Under the pieces are notes generated by a model, which made no database searches, was not told the DNA's origin, and saw only the letters and a program-made list of their open reading frames with translations. From assembly GCA_016176465.1 (NCBI GenBank), contig JACOXD010000009.1, forward strand, positions 1-48,530: 48,530 nt of DNA. The letters run 5' to 3'. A program made the translations under genes and the position numbers. Each line of letters starts with the position of its first letter. The first letter of the stretch is position 1. This DNA comes from Candidatus Daviesbacteria bacterium (GTDB taxonomy: Bacteria; Patescibacteriota; Microgenomatia; Daviesbacterales; UBA10151). Below, one piece after another: positions 26,839-35,736 of the stretch.

Positions 26839-28143
26839 ATGAATAATTCTCCTTTAGCAGATAGGATTAGACCCAAAAGTTTAGATCAATTAGTTGGCCA
26901 AAGACACATTCTTTCTCCTGATAAATTACTTTACAAAGCTATAAAATCAGGCAATATTTTCTCAATGATTTTTTGGGGACCACCAGGGGTTGGAAAGACA
27001 ACTTTGGCAAGAATAATAGCGAACGAGCTAAAAACAGAATTTTATGAATACTCCGCAGTAACAACTGGAATTGTGGAACTTAAAAAATTATTCGAATCTC
27101 TAAAAAATTCCATCCTCTTAAATCCACCCGTAGTTTTTATAGATGAAATCCACAGATTTAATAAAGCACAGCAAGATGCATTTTTGCCGTATGTAGAAAA
27201 CGGGACAATTATTTTAATAGGAGCAACAACAGAAAACCCTTCCTTTGAAGTTATTGGCCCACTCTTATCCAGAACAAGAGTATTTGTTTTAAATCAATTA
27301 TCAAATAAAGAGTTGGAAGAAATAATAAACAAAGCGCTTAAAGATAAGCGAAGCTTTCCTTCACTTAGCAGTGAACGTAAAGAATCTGGTTTAGGAAAAC
27401 TAAAAATAAAACTTAATAAAGATGCAAAAGATTTTTTAATTGAAGGGTCTAATGGAGATTCAAGAATTTTGTTAAATGCTTTGGAGGTAGCAGTTAATTC
27501 TGTCATCCTGAGGGCACGGGCCCCTTTTAGGGAGGAAGGATCTCAAAATTTAGATTCTTCTGGTCCACTGGACCATCAGAATGACAAGGTTGTGGTAATC
27601 AAAGAATTAATTGAAGAAGCTTTGCAGAAGCGCTCATTACTTTATGATAAAGCAGGAGATGAGCACTACAATACAATTTCAGCATTTATAAAATCTATGA
27701 GAGCATCACAAGTAGATTCTGCACTATATTATTTAGCCAGGATGGTAAATGCAGGAGAGGATCCTTTGTTTATTGCCAGAAGAATGGTTATTTTTGCCAG
27801 TGAGGATATTGGACAGGCAGCGCCTACAGCTTTGGTTGTAGCTAATGAAGTTTTTAGAGCTGTAGAGACAATTGGATATCCTGAGTGTCAAATTAATTTA
27901 GCCGCAGGTGTCGTTTATTTATGCAGCGCTAAAAAAGATAGAAGTTCATATGATGCATATTTTAAAGCGCTAGAAGATGTACAAAAATTTGGCAATTTAG
28001 AAATTCCCCTTAATATTAGAAACGCTCCTACAAAATTAATGAAAGATTTGGGTTACGGCAAAGGTTATGAAAAATATTCCAAAGAAGACTTACTTCCTGA
28101 AAAATTAAAAGGGAAAAAATATTATGCAAGCAAAAAGGAATAG
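26839..28143 (+). CDS. rarA: Replication-associated recombination protein A (MgsA/RarA AAA+ ATPase)
   Basis: PLADRIRP, GPPGVGKTT, DEIHRFNKAQQD, ISAFIKSMR, SEDIG. Confidence 0.96.
   Translation: MNNSPLADRIRPKSLDQLVGQRHILSPDKLLYKAIKSGNIFSMIFWGPPGVGKTTLARIIANELKTEFYEYSAVTTGIVELKKLFESLKNSILLNPPVVFIDEIHRFNKAQQDAFLPYVENGTIILIGATTENPSFEVIGPLLSRTRVFVLNQLSNKELEEIINKALKDKRSFPSLSSERKESGLGKLKIKLNKDAKDFLIEGSNGDSRILLNALEVAVNSVILRARAPFREEGSQNLDSSGPLDHQNDKVVVIKELIEEALQKRSLLYDKAGDEHYNTISAFIKSMRASQVDSALYYLARMVNAGEDPLFIARRMVIFASEDIGQAAPTALVVANEVFRAVETIGYPECQINLAAGVVYLCSAKKDRSSYDAYFKALEDVQKFGNLEIPLNIRNAPTKLMKDLGYGKGYEKYSKEDLLPEKLKGKKYYASKKE
27501..27586. repeat. Family A element in frame in rarA
   Basis: tgtcatcctgag...tcagaatgaca; encodes VILRARAPFREEGSQNLDSSGPLDHQND. 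Confidence 0.9.
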
Positions 28144-28366
28144 TTTTAAGCTCAACTTTTAGATATTTTTCTTTATATGAGACAAATCAAGATCTATTAC
28201 TGGACTATTTATTTTGTCTATTTGGTTTGTAATGAGGAGAAGAGGAATTAGTTTAAAAACACTATTTAGAAGGAAGAATAATTTGCAGGAATAAATAATA
28301 AATAAAAACTATTTTTTATAAACTCCTTTACTTTTTTAAAAAAACTTCGTAGACTAGCTAAGCGTT

Positions 28367-29632
28367 ATGTATCAGACTAAACTTCTAAAAAGTGGTTTAA
28401 CTTTAATTACTATTAATCTCCCCCATTTAGATTCTGTTACCTCCCTAGTATCTGTTGCAGCAGGCTCTAGATATGAAACAAAAAAAGTTAATGGGATTTC
28501 TCACTTTTTAGAGCACATGTTTTTTAAAGGATCCAGAAAATATCCAACTGCTGAGGAAATTGCTAATTTAGTAGATGGAATTGGAGCTATTAATAACGCT
28601 GCCACAGATAAAGAAGTTACTTTTTACTGGATTAAGTCAGCAAGCAAACATCTTAAATTATCTTCAGATATTTTATCCTCAATGCTCAAGGAATCACTTC
28701 TAGGAGAGGAAGAAATTGAGCGGGAAAAAGGGGTAATAGTTGAGGAGCTGCGGATGTATCGGGACAACCCTGCCCGCTATGTTTGGGATCTTTATGAACA
28801 GTTGCAATTTGGCAATCAACCTCTAGGCTGGGATATTGGTGGGGAGGAAAAAATAATAACATCTGTAAACAGAGATGATTTTATTAATTATATGGATTCA
28901 CTATATTCACCCAAAAATATGGCGCTGGTTTATGTGGGAAAATTACCTAGCAATATAGAAAAAATTGCCAATGATTTATTCTTGGATCTGCCGCAAAGAT
29001 CCCACCAGGCTTTTAAATCTTATAAAAAAACTAAACAAACTAAACCAAGGGTAAGGATCCATTATAAGAAAACAGATCAAGCCAATTTGATACTCGGAGT
29101 TGAAGCTTACAAAAGAAAAGACCCCAAAAGATATGCGGCTAGGTTGTTAGGAGTTATTTTGGGTGAGGGAATGTCTTCTCGGCTTTTTATCCAAATTAGA
29201 GAAAGAAGAGGTTTGGCTTACCATGTTAGTGCCTCTCATAATAGTTATATTGATGCCGGAAGTTTTACATCTTATGCAGGTTTAAAATTGGAAAAAGTAT
29301 TGGAAGGGTTGGAAGTAATTAAAGCGGAACTGGAGCGAATGGTAGCGGAGAAAGTTACCCCTGATGAATTAAAAAAAGCAAAGGAAATGGAACGGGGAAG
29401 AATTGCACTAAGGTCTGAATCAACTAATTTTTTAGCAGAACATTTTGGGATTAAATATATTTTAGATAATGAATTGGAAACATTTGAGGAATACTTAAAA
29501 AAGATTGATAGTGTAACGCCGGAGGAAATTCAAGATGTTGCCAGAGATCTATTCAAAAATGAAAAGTATAATTTACAAATTATTGGGCCCTTTAAAGAAA
29601 CACAAAAGTTTGAGAAAATACTAAAAAGTTAA
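28367..29632 (+). CDS. M16 zinc peptidase
   Basis: GISHFLEHMFFKG, SSRLF.IRERRGLAY. Confidence 0.94.
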   Translation: MYQTKLLKSGLTLITINLPHLDSVTSLVSVAAGSRYETKKVNGISHFLEHMFFKGSRKYPTAEEIANLVDGIGAINNAATDKEVTFYWIKSASKHLKLSSDILSSMLKESLLGEEEIEREKGVIVEELRMYRDNPARYVWDLYEQLQFGNQPLGWDIGGEEKIITSVNRDDFINYMDSLYSPKNMALVYVGKLPSNIEKIANDLFLDLPQRSHQAFKSYKKTKQTKPRVRIHYKKTDQANLILGVEAYKRKDPKRYAARLLGVILGEGMSSRLFIQIRERRGLAYHVSASHNSYIDAGSFTSYAGLKLEKVLEGLEVIKAELERMVAEKVTPDELKKAKEMERGRIALRSESTNFLAEHFGIKYILDNELETFEEYLKKIDSVTPEEIQDVARDLFKNEKYNLQIIGPFKETQKFEKILKS

Positions 29633-29634
29633 AA

Positions 29635-30909
29635 ATGGTTGCCCAAAATCCATTTGATAATGCGCTGATCCAGCTTAAAAATGCATCCAAGTATTTAAAT
29701 TTAGATGAGTCTTTCTGGACTGTAATCTCAACCCCTAAGCGAACTATACAGTTAAGCATTCCTTTAAAAAAAGACACCGGTGATTTAGAAGTTTTTAAAG
29801 GGTATAGAGTTCAATACAATAACTTTTTAGGTCCATATAAAGGTGGGCTTCGCTACCATCCTCAAGTTAATATAGATGAGGTAAAAGCCCTGTCTTTTTG
29901 GATGATGATTAAAAATGCAGTCTTGGATGTACCTTTTGGTGGAGGAAAAGGAGGAATTGAGGTAGATCCAAAAAAATTATCCAAAAAAGAATTAGAGAAC
30001 TTAACAAGGAATTTTGCCAAATTGCTTTCTCCAAATATTGGAGAAGATATAGATGTTCCTGCACCTGATGTTAATACCAACTCACAAATCATGGATTGGT
30101 TTGAAGATGAGTTTTCAAAAGTAGCGGGAAAAGATTCACCGGCAGTTGTTACTGGAAAATCCCTGGAAAATGGTGGTTCAAAAGGTCGTGAAGAAGCTAC
30201 CGGAATGGGGGGATTTTTTGTTCTAGAAAATTTGCTTAATACATTGAATCTTAAAAAACCTTTAAGAGTAGCAATTCAGGGTTTTGGCAACGTAGGATCT
30301 CACATAGCTGAGCTTTTATCCAAAAATGATTATCTAGTTGTTGCTTTGTCTGATTCTAAGGGAGGAATTTTTGATCAATCTGGAAGTGGGTTTAACATAG
30401 ACTTAGTTAAAGATTGTAAAGAAAAAAAGGGGAGAATTTCTGATTGTTATTGTATTGGATCAGTATGTGATTTAGCAGCAAAGCAAAAGGGAGATATAAG
30501 TAATGAAAAGTTATTAGAGTTGGATGTAGATATTTTAATACCTGCTGCTTTGGAAAATGTAATTAATGAAAGAAATGCTAATAATATAAAAGCAAAAATT
30601 ATTTTAGAAATGGCAAATGGCCCAACAACCCCCAAGGCAGATAAAATTTTACAGGAAAAGGAAATATTGGTAGTTCCGGATGTTTTAGCAAATGCAGGTG
30701 GGGTAACTGTATCTTATTTTGAATGGTTGCAAAATAGAAATAAAGAAAGTTGGGAATTAGAAGAGGTAATAAATAAGTTAAAAGAAAAAATGGAGAAGGC
30801 TTTTAATGAAGTTTGGCAAAAATCTCAGGAAAAAAATACTAATTTAAGAACAGCAGCCTATATATTAGCTTTAGAAAGATTAAGCGAGAAGTTTAAACTA
30901 TCCAGTTGA
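29635..30909 (+). CDS. gdhA: Glutamate dehydrogenase (Glu/Leu/Phe/Val family)
   Basis: GPYKGGLRYHP, GGGKGG, QGFGNVG, NAGGVTVSYFEW. Confidence 0.93.
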   Translation: MVAQNPFDNALIQLKNASKYLNLDESFWTVISTPKRTIQLSIPLKKDTGDLEVFKGYRVQYNNFLGPYKGGLRYHPQVNIDEVKALSFWMMIKNAVLDVPFGGGKGGIEVDPKKLSKKELENLTRNFAKLLSPNIGEDIDVPAPDVNTNSQIMDWFEDEFSKVAGKDSPAVVTGKSLENGGSKGREEATGMGGFFVLENLLNTLNLKKPLRVAIQGFGNVGSHIAELLSKNDYLVVALSDSKGGIFDQSGSGFNIDLVKDCKEKKGRISDCYCIGSVCDLAAKQKGDISNEKLLELDVDILIPAALENVINERNANNIKAKIILEMANGPTTPKADKILQEKEILVVPDVLANAGGVTVSYFEWLQNRNKESWELEEVINKLKEKMEKAFNEVWQKSQEKNTNLRTAAYILALERLSEKFKLSS

Positions 30910-30959
30910 CAATTTGCACCCCATAAGAAAAGATGGTTAACTATTTGTGTTAAAATTTT

Positions 30960-31595
30960 TTGATGAGGGGTAATCTTTTTACTATTTTTGTAATAATTGC
31001 ATTTTTTTTATTTGTAACTTTAGCCATATTCGCCAAACAATATCAATATTTCTGGTTTGATTTGATTTTGACTCGCAATATTCAAGATTTTAATCCCTTT
31101 TGGTTTGATCTTTTAATGAAACTTCTTACAAATTTAGGATTTTTGCCTTGGAGCTTCGCAATTATTGGCTTAGTCTGTTTAATTATTTTCTTTATAGGAA
31201 GAAAAATAGAGTCCTTGATATTAGTATTTTCTGTCTTGGGAGCAAGTATTTTAAGTGAGACTCTTAAAAATATTATTTCTCGTCCGAGGCCCACTCCCGA
31301 TTTAGTAAATCAAATCACAATGCACACTCAATCAGATAGTTTTCCATCAGGCCATGTTCTTATTTTTATTAGTTTTTTTGGAGTACTTGTATATTACACT
31401 TATACTCTATTTAAAAAAAATTTCTACAGAGATTTTTTAATTTTTATTCTATCTATGCTCATTTTATTAATCGGAATATCCCGAATTTATTTGGGGGATC
31501 ACTGGTTTTCTGATGTTTTGGGTTCTTATTTAATTGGTTTTATTTGGTTAAATTTTATTGTCTTTTTATACAAAATTTCAAAAAAAAGATTTTGA
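30960..31595 (+). CDS. PAP2-family membrane phosphatase
   Basis: K....RPRP, FPSGH, SRIYLGDHWFSD. Confidence 0.92.
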   Translation: MMRGNLFTIFVIIAFFLFVTLAIFAKQYQYFWFDLILTRNIQDFNPFWFDLLMKLLTNLGFLPWSFAIIGLVCLIIFFIGRKIESLILVFSVLGASILSETLKNIISRPRPTPDLVNQITMHTQSDSFPSGHVLIFISFFGVLVYYTYTLFKKNFYRDFLIFILSMLILLIGISRIYLGDHWFSDVLGSYLIGFIWLNFIVFLYKISKKRF

Positions 31596-31639
31596 AACTA
31601 CTACTGGAATCCAAAAGATTAGAATGTTAATATTGCAAA

Positions 31640-32371
31640 ATGCCAAGGAAAAAAAGTACCTCAAGAAAAAAAGAGACTCAAGCAGAGAATCTTTCAGAGC
31701 TAGATTCATCTGAAAAAAATTTTAGTTTTTTTAAAAATAAAAAATTTCTTATTCGTAGAAAAGCTCTGCTTATTCATAGAAAATTCTTTGTTTTAGGATT
31801 TTTGATTCTGATTCTTTTAGTAGTTTTTTATTTTTTGTATAAAGTTTTAGTTTTTGCCTTTGTTGATGGTAAGCCTTTAACTAATATCCAGTACTTTCAA
31901 AAATTAAAAAGCTTAGAAACACAGTCTGGTTTAAATGTACGCGAACAAATGATAGTTGAGAGAATTATTGAAAGTGAAAAGCAAAAACAAAATATATCAA
32001 TAAGCGATGAAGATTTAAATAAAGCTTTGGCTAAAGAAGAAGAGTTAGGTGGCGGAAAAGAAGCATTTGAACAATCGCTGAGTATTCAAGGCATAGATAA
32101 AGATTTATTTAGAGAATATATTTTAAAACCTCAACTTCTTAAAGAGAAATTATTCGGAAAAGATGCTGCTGTTTCTGAAAAGCAAGTTGATGATTACATT
32201 ACATCAATACAAAAACAGCAAGAGGAAGCAGGTCAGGAAGTTAGCGAAGTAGATGAAAAAATGAAGTCTCAAATAAGGATAAGTTTAAGAAAACAAAAAA
32301 TTGATCAAAAATATAATGATTGGTTAAAACAAATTTTAGAAAGTAATAGAATTATTTATCTGTACAAATAA
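31640..32371 (+). CDS. SurA/PrsA N-terminal domain-like membrane-anchored chaperone
   Basis: TM helix, then AFVDGKPLT, ISISDEDL; no parvulin domain visible. Confidence 0.65.
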   Translation: MPRKKSTSRKKETQAENLSELDSSEKNFSFFKNKKFLIRRKALLIHRKFFVLGFLILILLVVFYFLYKVLVFAFVDGKPLTNIQYFQKLKSLETQSGLNVREQMIVERIIESEKQKQNISISDEDLNKALAKEEELGGGKEAFEQSLSIQGIDKDLFREYILKPQLLKEKLFGKDAAVSEKQVDDYITSIQKQQEEAGQEVSEVDEKMKSQIRISLRKQKIDQKYNDWLKQILESNRIIYLYK

Positions 32372-32403
32372 ATAATTTTTTGATATAAACTAAATGCTAT
32401 TTT

Positions 32404-33246
32404 ATGAATTCAGCTCCAAAGATTAATCTATCCACTCCGGTTGCAATAGTAATAGGAGCCGTTTTAATTTCTATTGCAATTTTATTTAGCAATGGAACTT
32501 TAAAATTTAACTTACTAAGTAATGCTCCTAAAGTTACAACTAATACCACGTCACCTTCTTACTCTGAAAAATTAATAGCTTTGGCTAAGGAAGCTGGGTT
32601 GAATGAATCAAGGTTTGAAAGCTGCTTAGAAGATGGGAAACAAAAAGAAGAGGTAGGAAAAGATCAGCAAGCTGCTTTATCAGCCGGAATAAGTGGTACT
32701 CCTGGGTTTATCGTTGGAGCTACAAACAGTAGTGGAGAAATAGAAGGCGTCAGAATTGGCGGAGCTTTCCCTTATGAAACTTTTCAAATAGTATTTGACT
32801 CGCTCGCTAGTAAAACTTTGGCGGAAAAAATAGTAGAAGATGTCGTGTTGAATTTATACCCTGATGATGAAGTGCAAAGGGAACAAGTTAAAAAAGATAG
32901 CTTAGGGGTTGGTAAGGCAAATGTTGATGATGATCCTGTTTTGGGCAGTAAAGATGCTCCAATCACGATGATTGAATTTTCTGATTATGAGTGTCCATTT
33001 TGTAAGCGACACTTCATCCAAACGTTACCTAATTTAATAAAAAATTATATTGATACAGGTAAAGTAAAATTAGTTTATAGAGATTTTATAGCAGTAGATG
33101 GAGTTTATCCTCAGGGCCATAACCCTGCTGCAACAAATAATGCTGTTGCTGCTAACTGTGCAATGGAACAAGGAGGAGATAGTGCTTACTTTAAAGTTCA
33201 TGATTTAATATTTAACAAAACTCAATCTAATGGAGTTGGAATTTAG
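32404..33246 (+). CDS. DsbA-family oxidoreductase, circularly permuted
   Basis: GISGTPGF segment precedes the EFSDYECPFC segment. Confidence 0.8.
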   Translation: MNSAPKINLSTPVAIVIGAVLISIAILFSNGTLKFNLLSNAPKVTTNTTSPSYSEKLIALAKEAGLNESRFESCLEDGKQKEEVGKDQQAALSAGISGTPGFIVGATNSSGEIEGVRIGGAFPYETFQIVFDSLASKTLAEKIVEDVVLNLYPDDEVQREQVKKDSLGVGKANVDDDPVLGSKDAPITMIEFSDYECPFCKRHFIQTLPNLIKNYIDTGKVKLVYRDFIAVDGVYPQGHNPAATNNAVAANCAMEQGGDSAYFKVHDLIFNKTQSNGVGI

Positions 33247-33247
33247 T

Positions 33248-33709
33248 ATGGTTAATCAAGCCTTGGATGATTTTCTAAAAACCTTAGATAAAGGAAACTT
33301 TACTAATGCTCCATACATTAAGAAAGTGGAAAAGCCATGGGGTTATGAGTTGATTTTTACTCCAGATAATCTTCCCTACACTGGCAAAATAATCCATATC
33401 AACAGCGGAAAGAGATTAAGCTTGCAGGTTCATGATAAAAAGCAAGAAAGTTACTTTTTAGCAAATGGTGAGTGTAACTTAATTATTGAGAACTCAAAAG
33501 GGAACTTAGAAACAATTAAAATGGAAAAAGGTGTAGGTTATACTATGTTGGTTGGACAAAAACATCGTCACCAGGCAGTAACAGACTGTGACGTTTTTGA
33601 AGTCTCAACTCCTGAGAGCGGAAATACTTATAGATTGGAAGATGACTTCGCCCGCTCAACTGAAACTGAGGAGATAAGAAAAGATCCAAATAGAGGTTGG
33701 AGTACTTAA
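33248..33709 (+). CDS. Cupin (mannose-6-phosphate isomerase type II-like)
   Basis: EKPWGYE, LSLQVH..KQE, EVSTPE, RLEDDF. Confidence 0.85.
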   Translation: MVNQALDDFLKTLDKGNFTNAPYIKKVEKPWGYELIFTPDNLPYTGKIIHINSGKRLSLQVHDKKQESYFLANGECNLIIENSKGNLETIKMEKGVGYTMLVGQKHRHQAVTDCDVFEVSTPESGNTYRLEDDFARSTETEEIRKDPNRGWST

Positions 33710-33733
33710 AGAGTGTGTTAAAATAATTAAGTT

Positions 33734-33988
33734 ATGGCAAAGATTAAAATTTATACTACTACTACGTGTCCTTACTGCAAAATGGAAAAACAGTATTTAG
33801 ATTCTAAAGGAATTAGCTATGATAGTGTTTTTGTTGATGAAGATGAAAATGAAGCAAAAAAAATGATGGAGGAGTCACATCAACTAGGGGTTCCCTTTAC
33901 TGTTATTACTCAAGATGATGGAAGTAAAGTAACCATTTTAGGTTTTGATAGGAATAAATTAAATGAGGTTTTAGGGCTTACCGGTTAG
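33734..33988 (+). CDS. Glutaredoxin/NrdH-like redoxin
   Basis: CPYC, GVPF, GFD. Confidence 0.9.
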   Translation: MAKIKIYTTTTCPYCKMEKQYLDSKGISYDSVFVDEDENEAKKMMEESHQLGVPFTVITQDDGSKVTILGFDRNKLNEVLGLTG

Positions 33989-33996
33989 CTTCTCGC

Positions 33997-34545
33997 ATGG
34001 ATGAAGAGTCTAAAAATAAAAAAAAAGAAATAGTAATAGACCTAAATTCGCAGTTTAATTTAGATAAAACTTCAATTTTTAATAAAGAATTTTCTTCAGT
34101 TTTACTTGCACCAATTTTAATAGCTGTTGTTTTATTAATTTATGGTGCTTATTATTATTTTGAAGGAAAACCTTTTAGTAACTCACAACCAACTAATCAG
34201 ACTACTGATTCAGCTCCTTCACCAAGTATCAATATCAGCTTACCAAATGCCAGCTCCTCTGCAGTAAGAAAAGAGGAAATAAAGATTAAGATTTTAAATG
34301 GCTCAGGAGTAGCCGGTCAAGCGGGAAGAGTTAGGAATTCTTTATTAAAGTTAGGATTTAAAAATATTGAAATAGGCAATGATCCAAATGCTGATGGGGA
34401 GAAAACTGTAGTTGAGTATATCTCTCAAGTAAATTCTGATATTTTGGATGAAATATTAAGTGAGTTGAAAAGAAGTTTTAAAAATATATCTACTGAAAAA
34501 TCTAAAATAGATGATTTTGATGTTGTTATAATAACTGGCAAGTAA
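33997..34545 (+). CDS. LytR C-terminal domain membrane protein
   Basis: TM helix; ILNGSGVAGQA, IGN, DVVIITG. Confidence 0.8.
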   Translation: MDEESKNKKKEIVIDLNSQFNLDKTSIFNKEFSSVLLAPILIAVVLLIYGAYYYFEGKPFSNSQPTNQTTDSAPSPSINISLPNASSSAVRKEEIKIKILNGSGVAGQAGRVRNSLLKLGFKNIEIGNDPNADGEKTVVEYISQVNSDILDEILSELKRSFKNISTEKSKIDDFDVVIITGK

Positions 34546-34561
34546 CAGTTGATAGAAATCA

Positions 34562-34876
34562 ATGAAATATATTCTGGTAATTACGACAACTCCCACTAAA
34601 AAAGATGCGCAAAATATTACTCAAGTAATATTAGATAAAAAACTAGCAGCTTGTATTCAATTTTTGGGTCCAATAAGTAGTAGTTATTTCTGGCAGGGAA
34701 AAATCAAGATCACTAAAGAGTGGCTTTGTCTAATTAAAACCAAACAAAGCTTATATACTAGGCTGGAAAGTGCAATCCACGCAAAACATCCTTATAAAAT
34801 ACCTGAAGTTTTGGCACTCCCTATAATAAAAGGTAGTGATAAGTACTTAAGTTGGCTAAATGGCGAGTTGAAATAA
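34562..34876 (+). CDS. cutA: Divalent cation tolerance protein CutA
   Basis: LAAC, S.YFWQG, HPYKIPE, YLSW. Confidence 0.93.
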   Translation: MKYILVITTTPTKKDAQNITQVILDKKLAACIQFLGPISSSYFWQGKIKITKEWLCLIKTKQSLYTRLESAIHAKHPYKIPEVLALPIIKGSDKYLSWLNGELK

Positions 34877-34906
34877 ATAGGTAATTATTTTAATATCTAT
34901 TCTCTT

Positions 34907-35236
34907 ATGGCTGAGTCTAAATTCAGGACTGAAGATACCAAAATAGGCGAGGGGAATGAAGTCCAAAGTGGAGACTATATTGTAATTCACTATAATGGGA
35001 CTTTAGAAAATGGGACTAAATTTGACTCATCTTATGATAGAGATACTCCTTTAAGAGTCAGAATTGGAGTTGGGGAAGTTATAGCAGGCTGGGATATGGG
35101 AGTAATCGGGATGAAGGTAGGAGGAAAAAGAAAATTGACTATCCCGCCACAGCTTGGATATGGTGCAAATGCAATTGGCTTAATTCCACCAAATTCTACT
35201 TTAATTTTTGAGGTAGAACTTTTGGAAATAGGGTAA
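34907..35236 (+). CDS. FKBP-type peptidyl-prolyl isomerase
   Basis: HYNGTL, FDSSYDR, VIAGWD, IPPNSTLIFEVEL. Confidence 0.96.
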   Translation: MAESKFRTEDTKIGEGNEVQSGDYIVIHYNGTLENGTKFDSSYDRDTPLRVRIGVGEVIAGWDMGVIGMKVGGKRKLTIPPQLGYGANAIGLIPPNSTLIFEVELLEIG

Positions 35237-35238
35237 AT

Positions 35239-35727
35239 TTAAACTCTTAGGAAATGACCCACAATAACTCCAATTAAAGTGGCCACTCCTCCAATTATAA
35301 ACATCTCAACAGCAGATCTTAGTGGTTTGTGTTCTACCAAATGACCCTTTAAAAAGCCAATAGTAAATAGTCCAAAAAATGCAGCGAAGATGGAAATATA
35401 GGAGGCAGTTGGTAGTGGAAGGAAGATGATAGGAATAATAGGAATTAATCCTGCAAGTAAGTAACTAAAAAACATTATTAAAGCTCCAAAAATTAAATTA
35501 TCAGTATGTTTTCCTTCTTTATCCATTTGGTGAACAGCTTTTTCAGATGAATATTGTCCTGCAGCCATAGAAGTTGCCTCAACACTAACAGCTACAAAAC
35601 TAGCTAAAATAATTATTGCCCTATCTTGCACGCCTGTTGTAATTCCAACAACCACCCCTGTTGTTGAAACTAATCCATCTTGAAGCCCAAATAAAAAAGA
35701 CCTTAGGTAATCCTCATTAATCTTCAT
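35239..35727 (-). CDS. VIT1/CCC1 Fe/Mn transporter family protein
   Basis: FGLQDGLVST, SMAAGQYSS. Confidence 0.88.
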   Translation of the reverse strand: MKINEDYLRSFLFGLQDGLVSTTGVVVGITTGVQDRAIIILASFVAVSVEATSMAAGQYSSEKAVHQMDKEGKHTDNLIFGALIMFFSYLLAGLIPIIPIIFLPLPTASYISIFAAFFGLFTIGFLKGHLVEHKPLRSAVEMFIIGGVATLIGVIVGHFLRV

Positions 35728-35736
35728 TAACTTATT

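Noticed and set aside
4888-31294. Short antisense ORFs in the track (for example 4888, 6355, 7283, 9703, 20923, 25711, 29862, 31082)
   Set aside because: They lie opposite well-supported genes and show no motifs; they are shadow ORFs.
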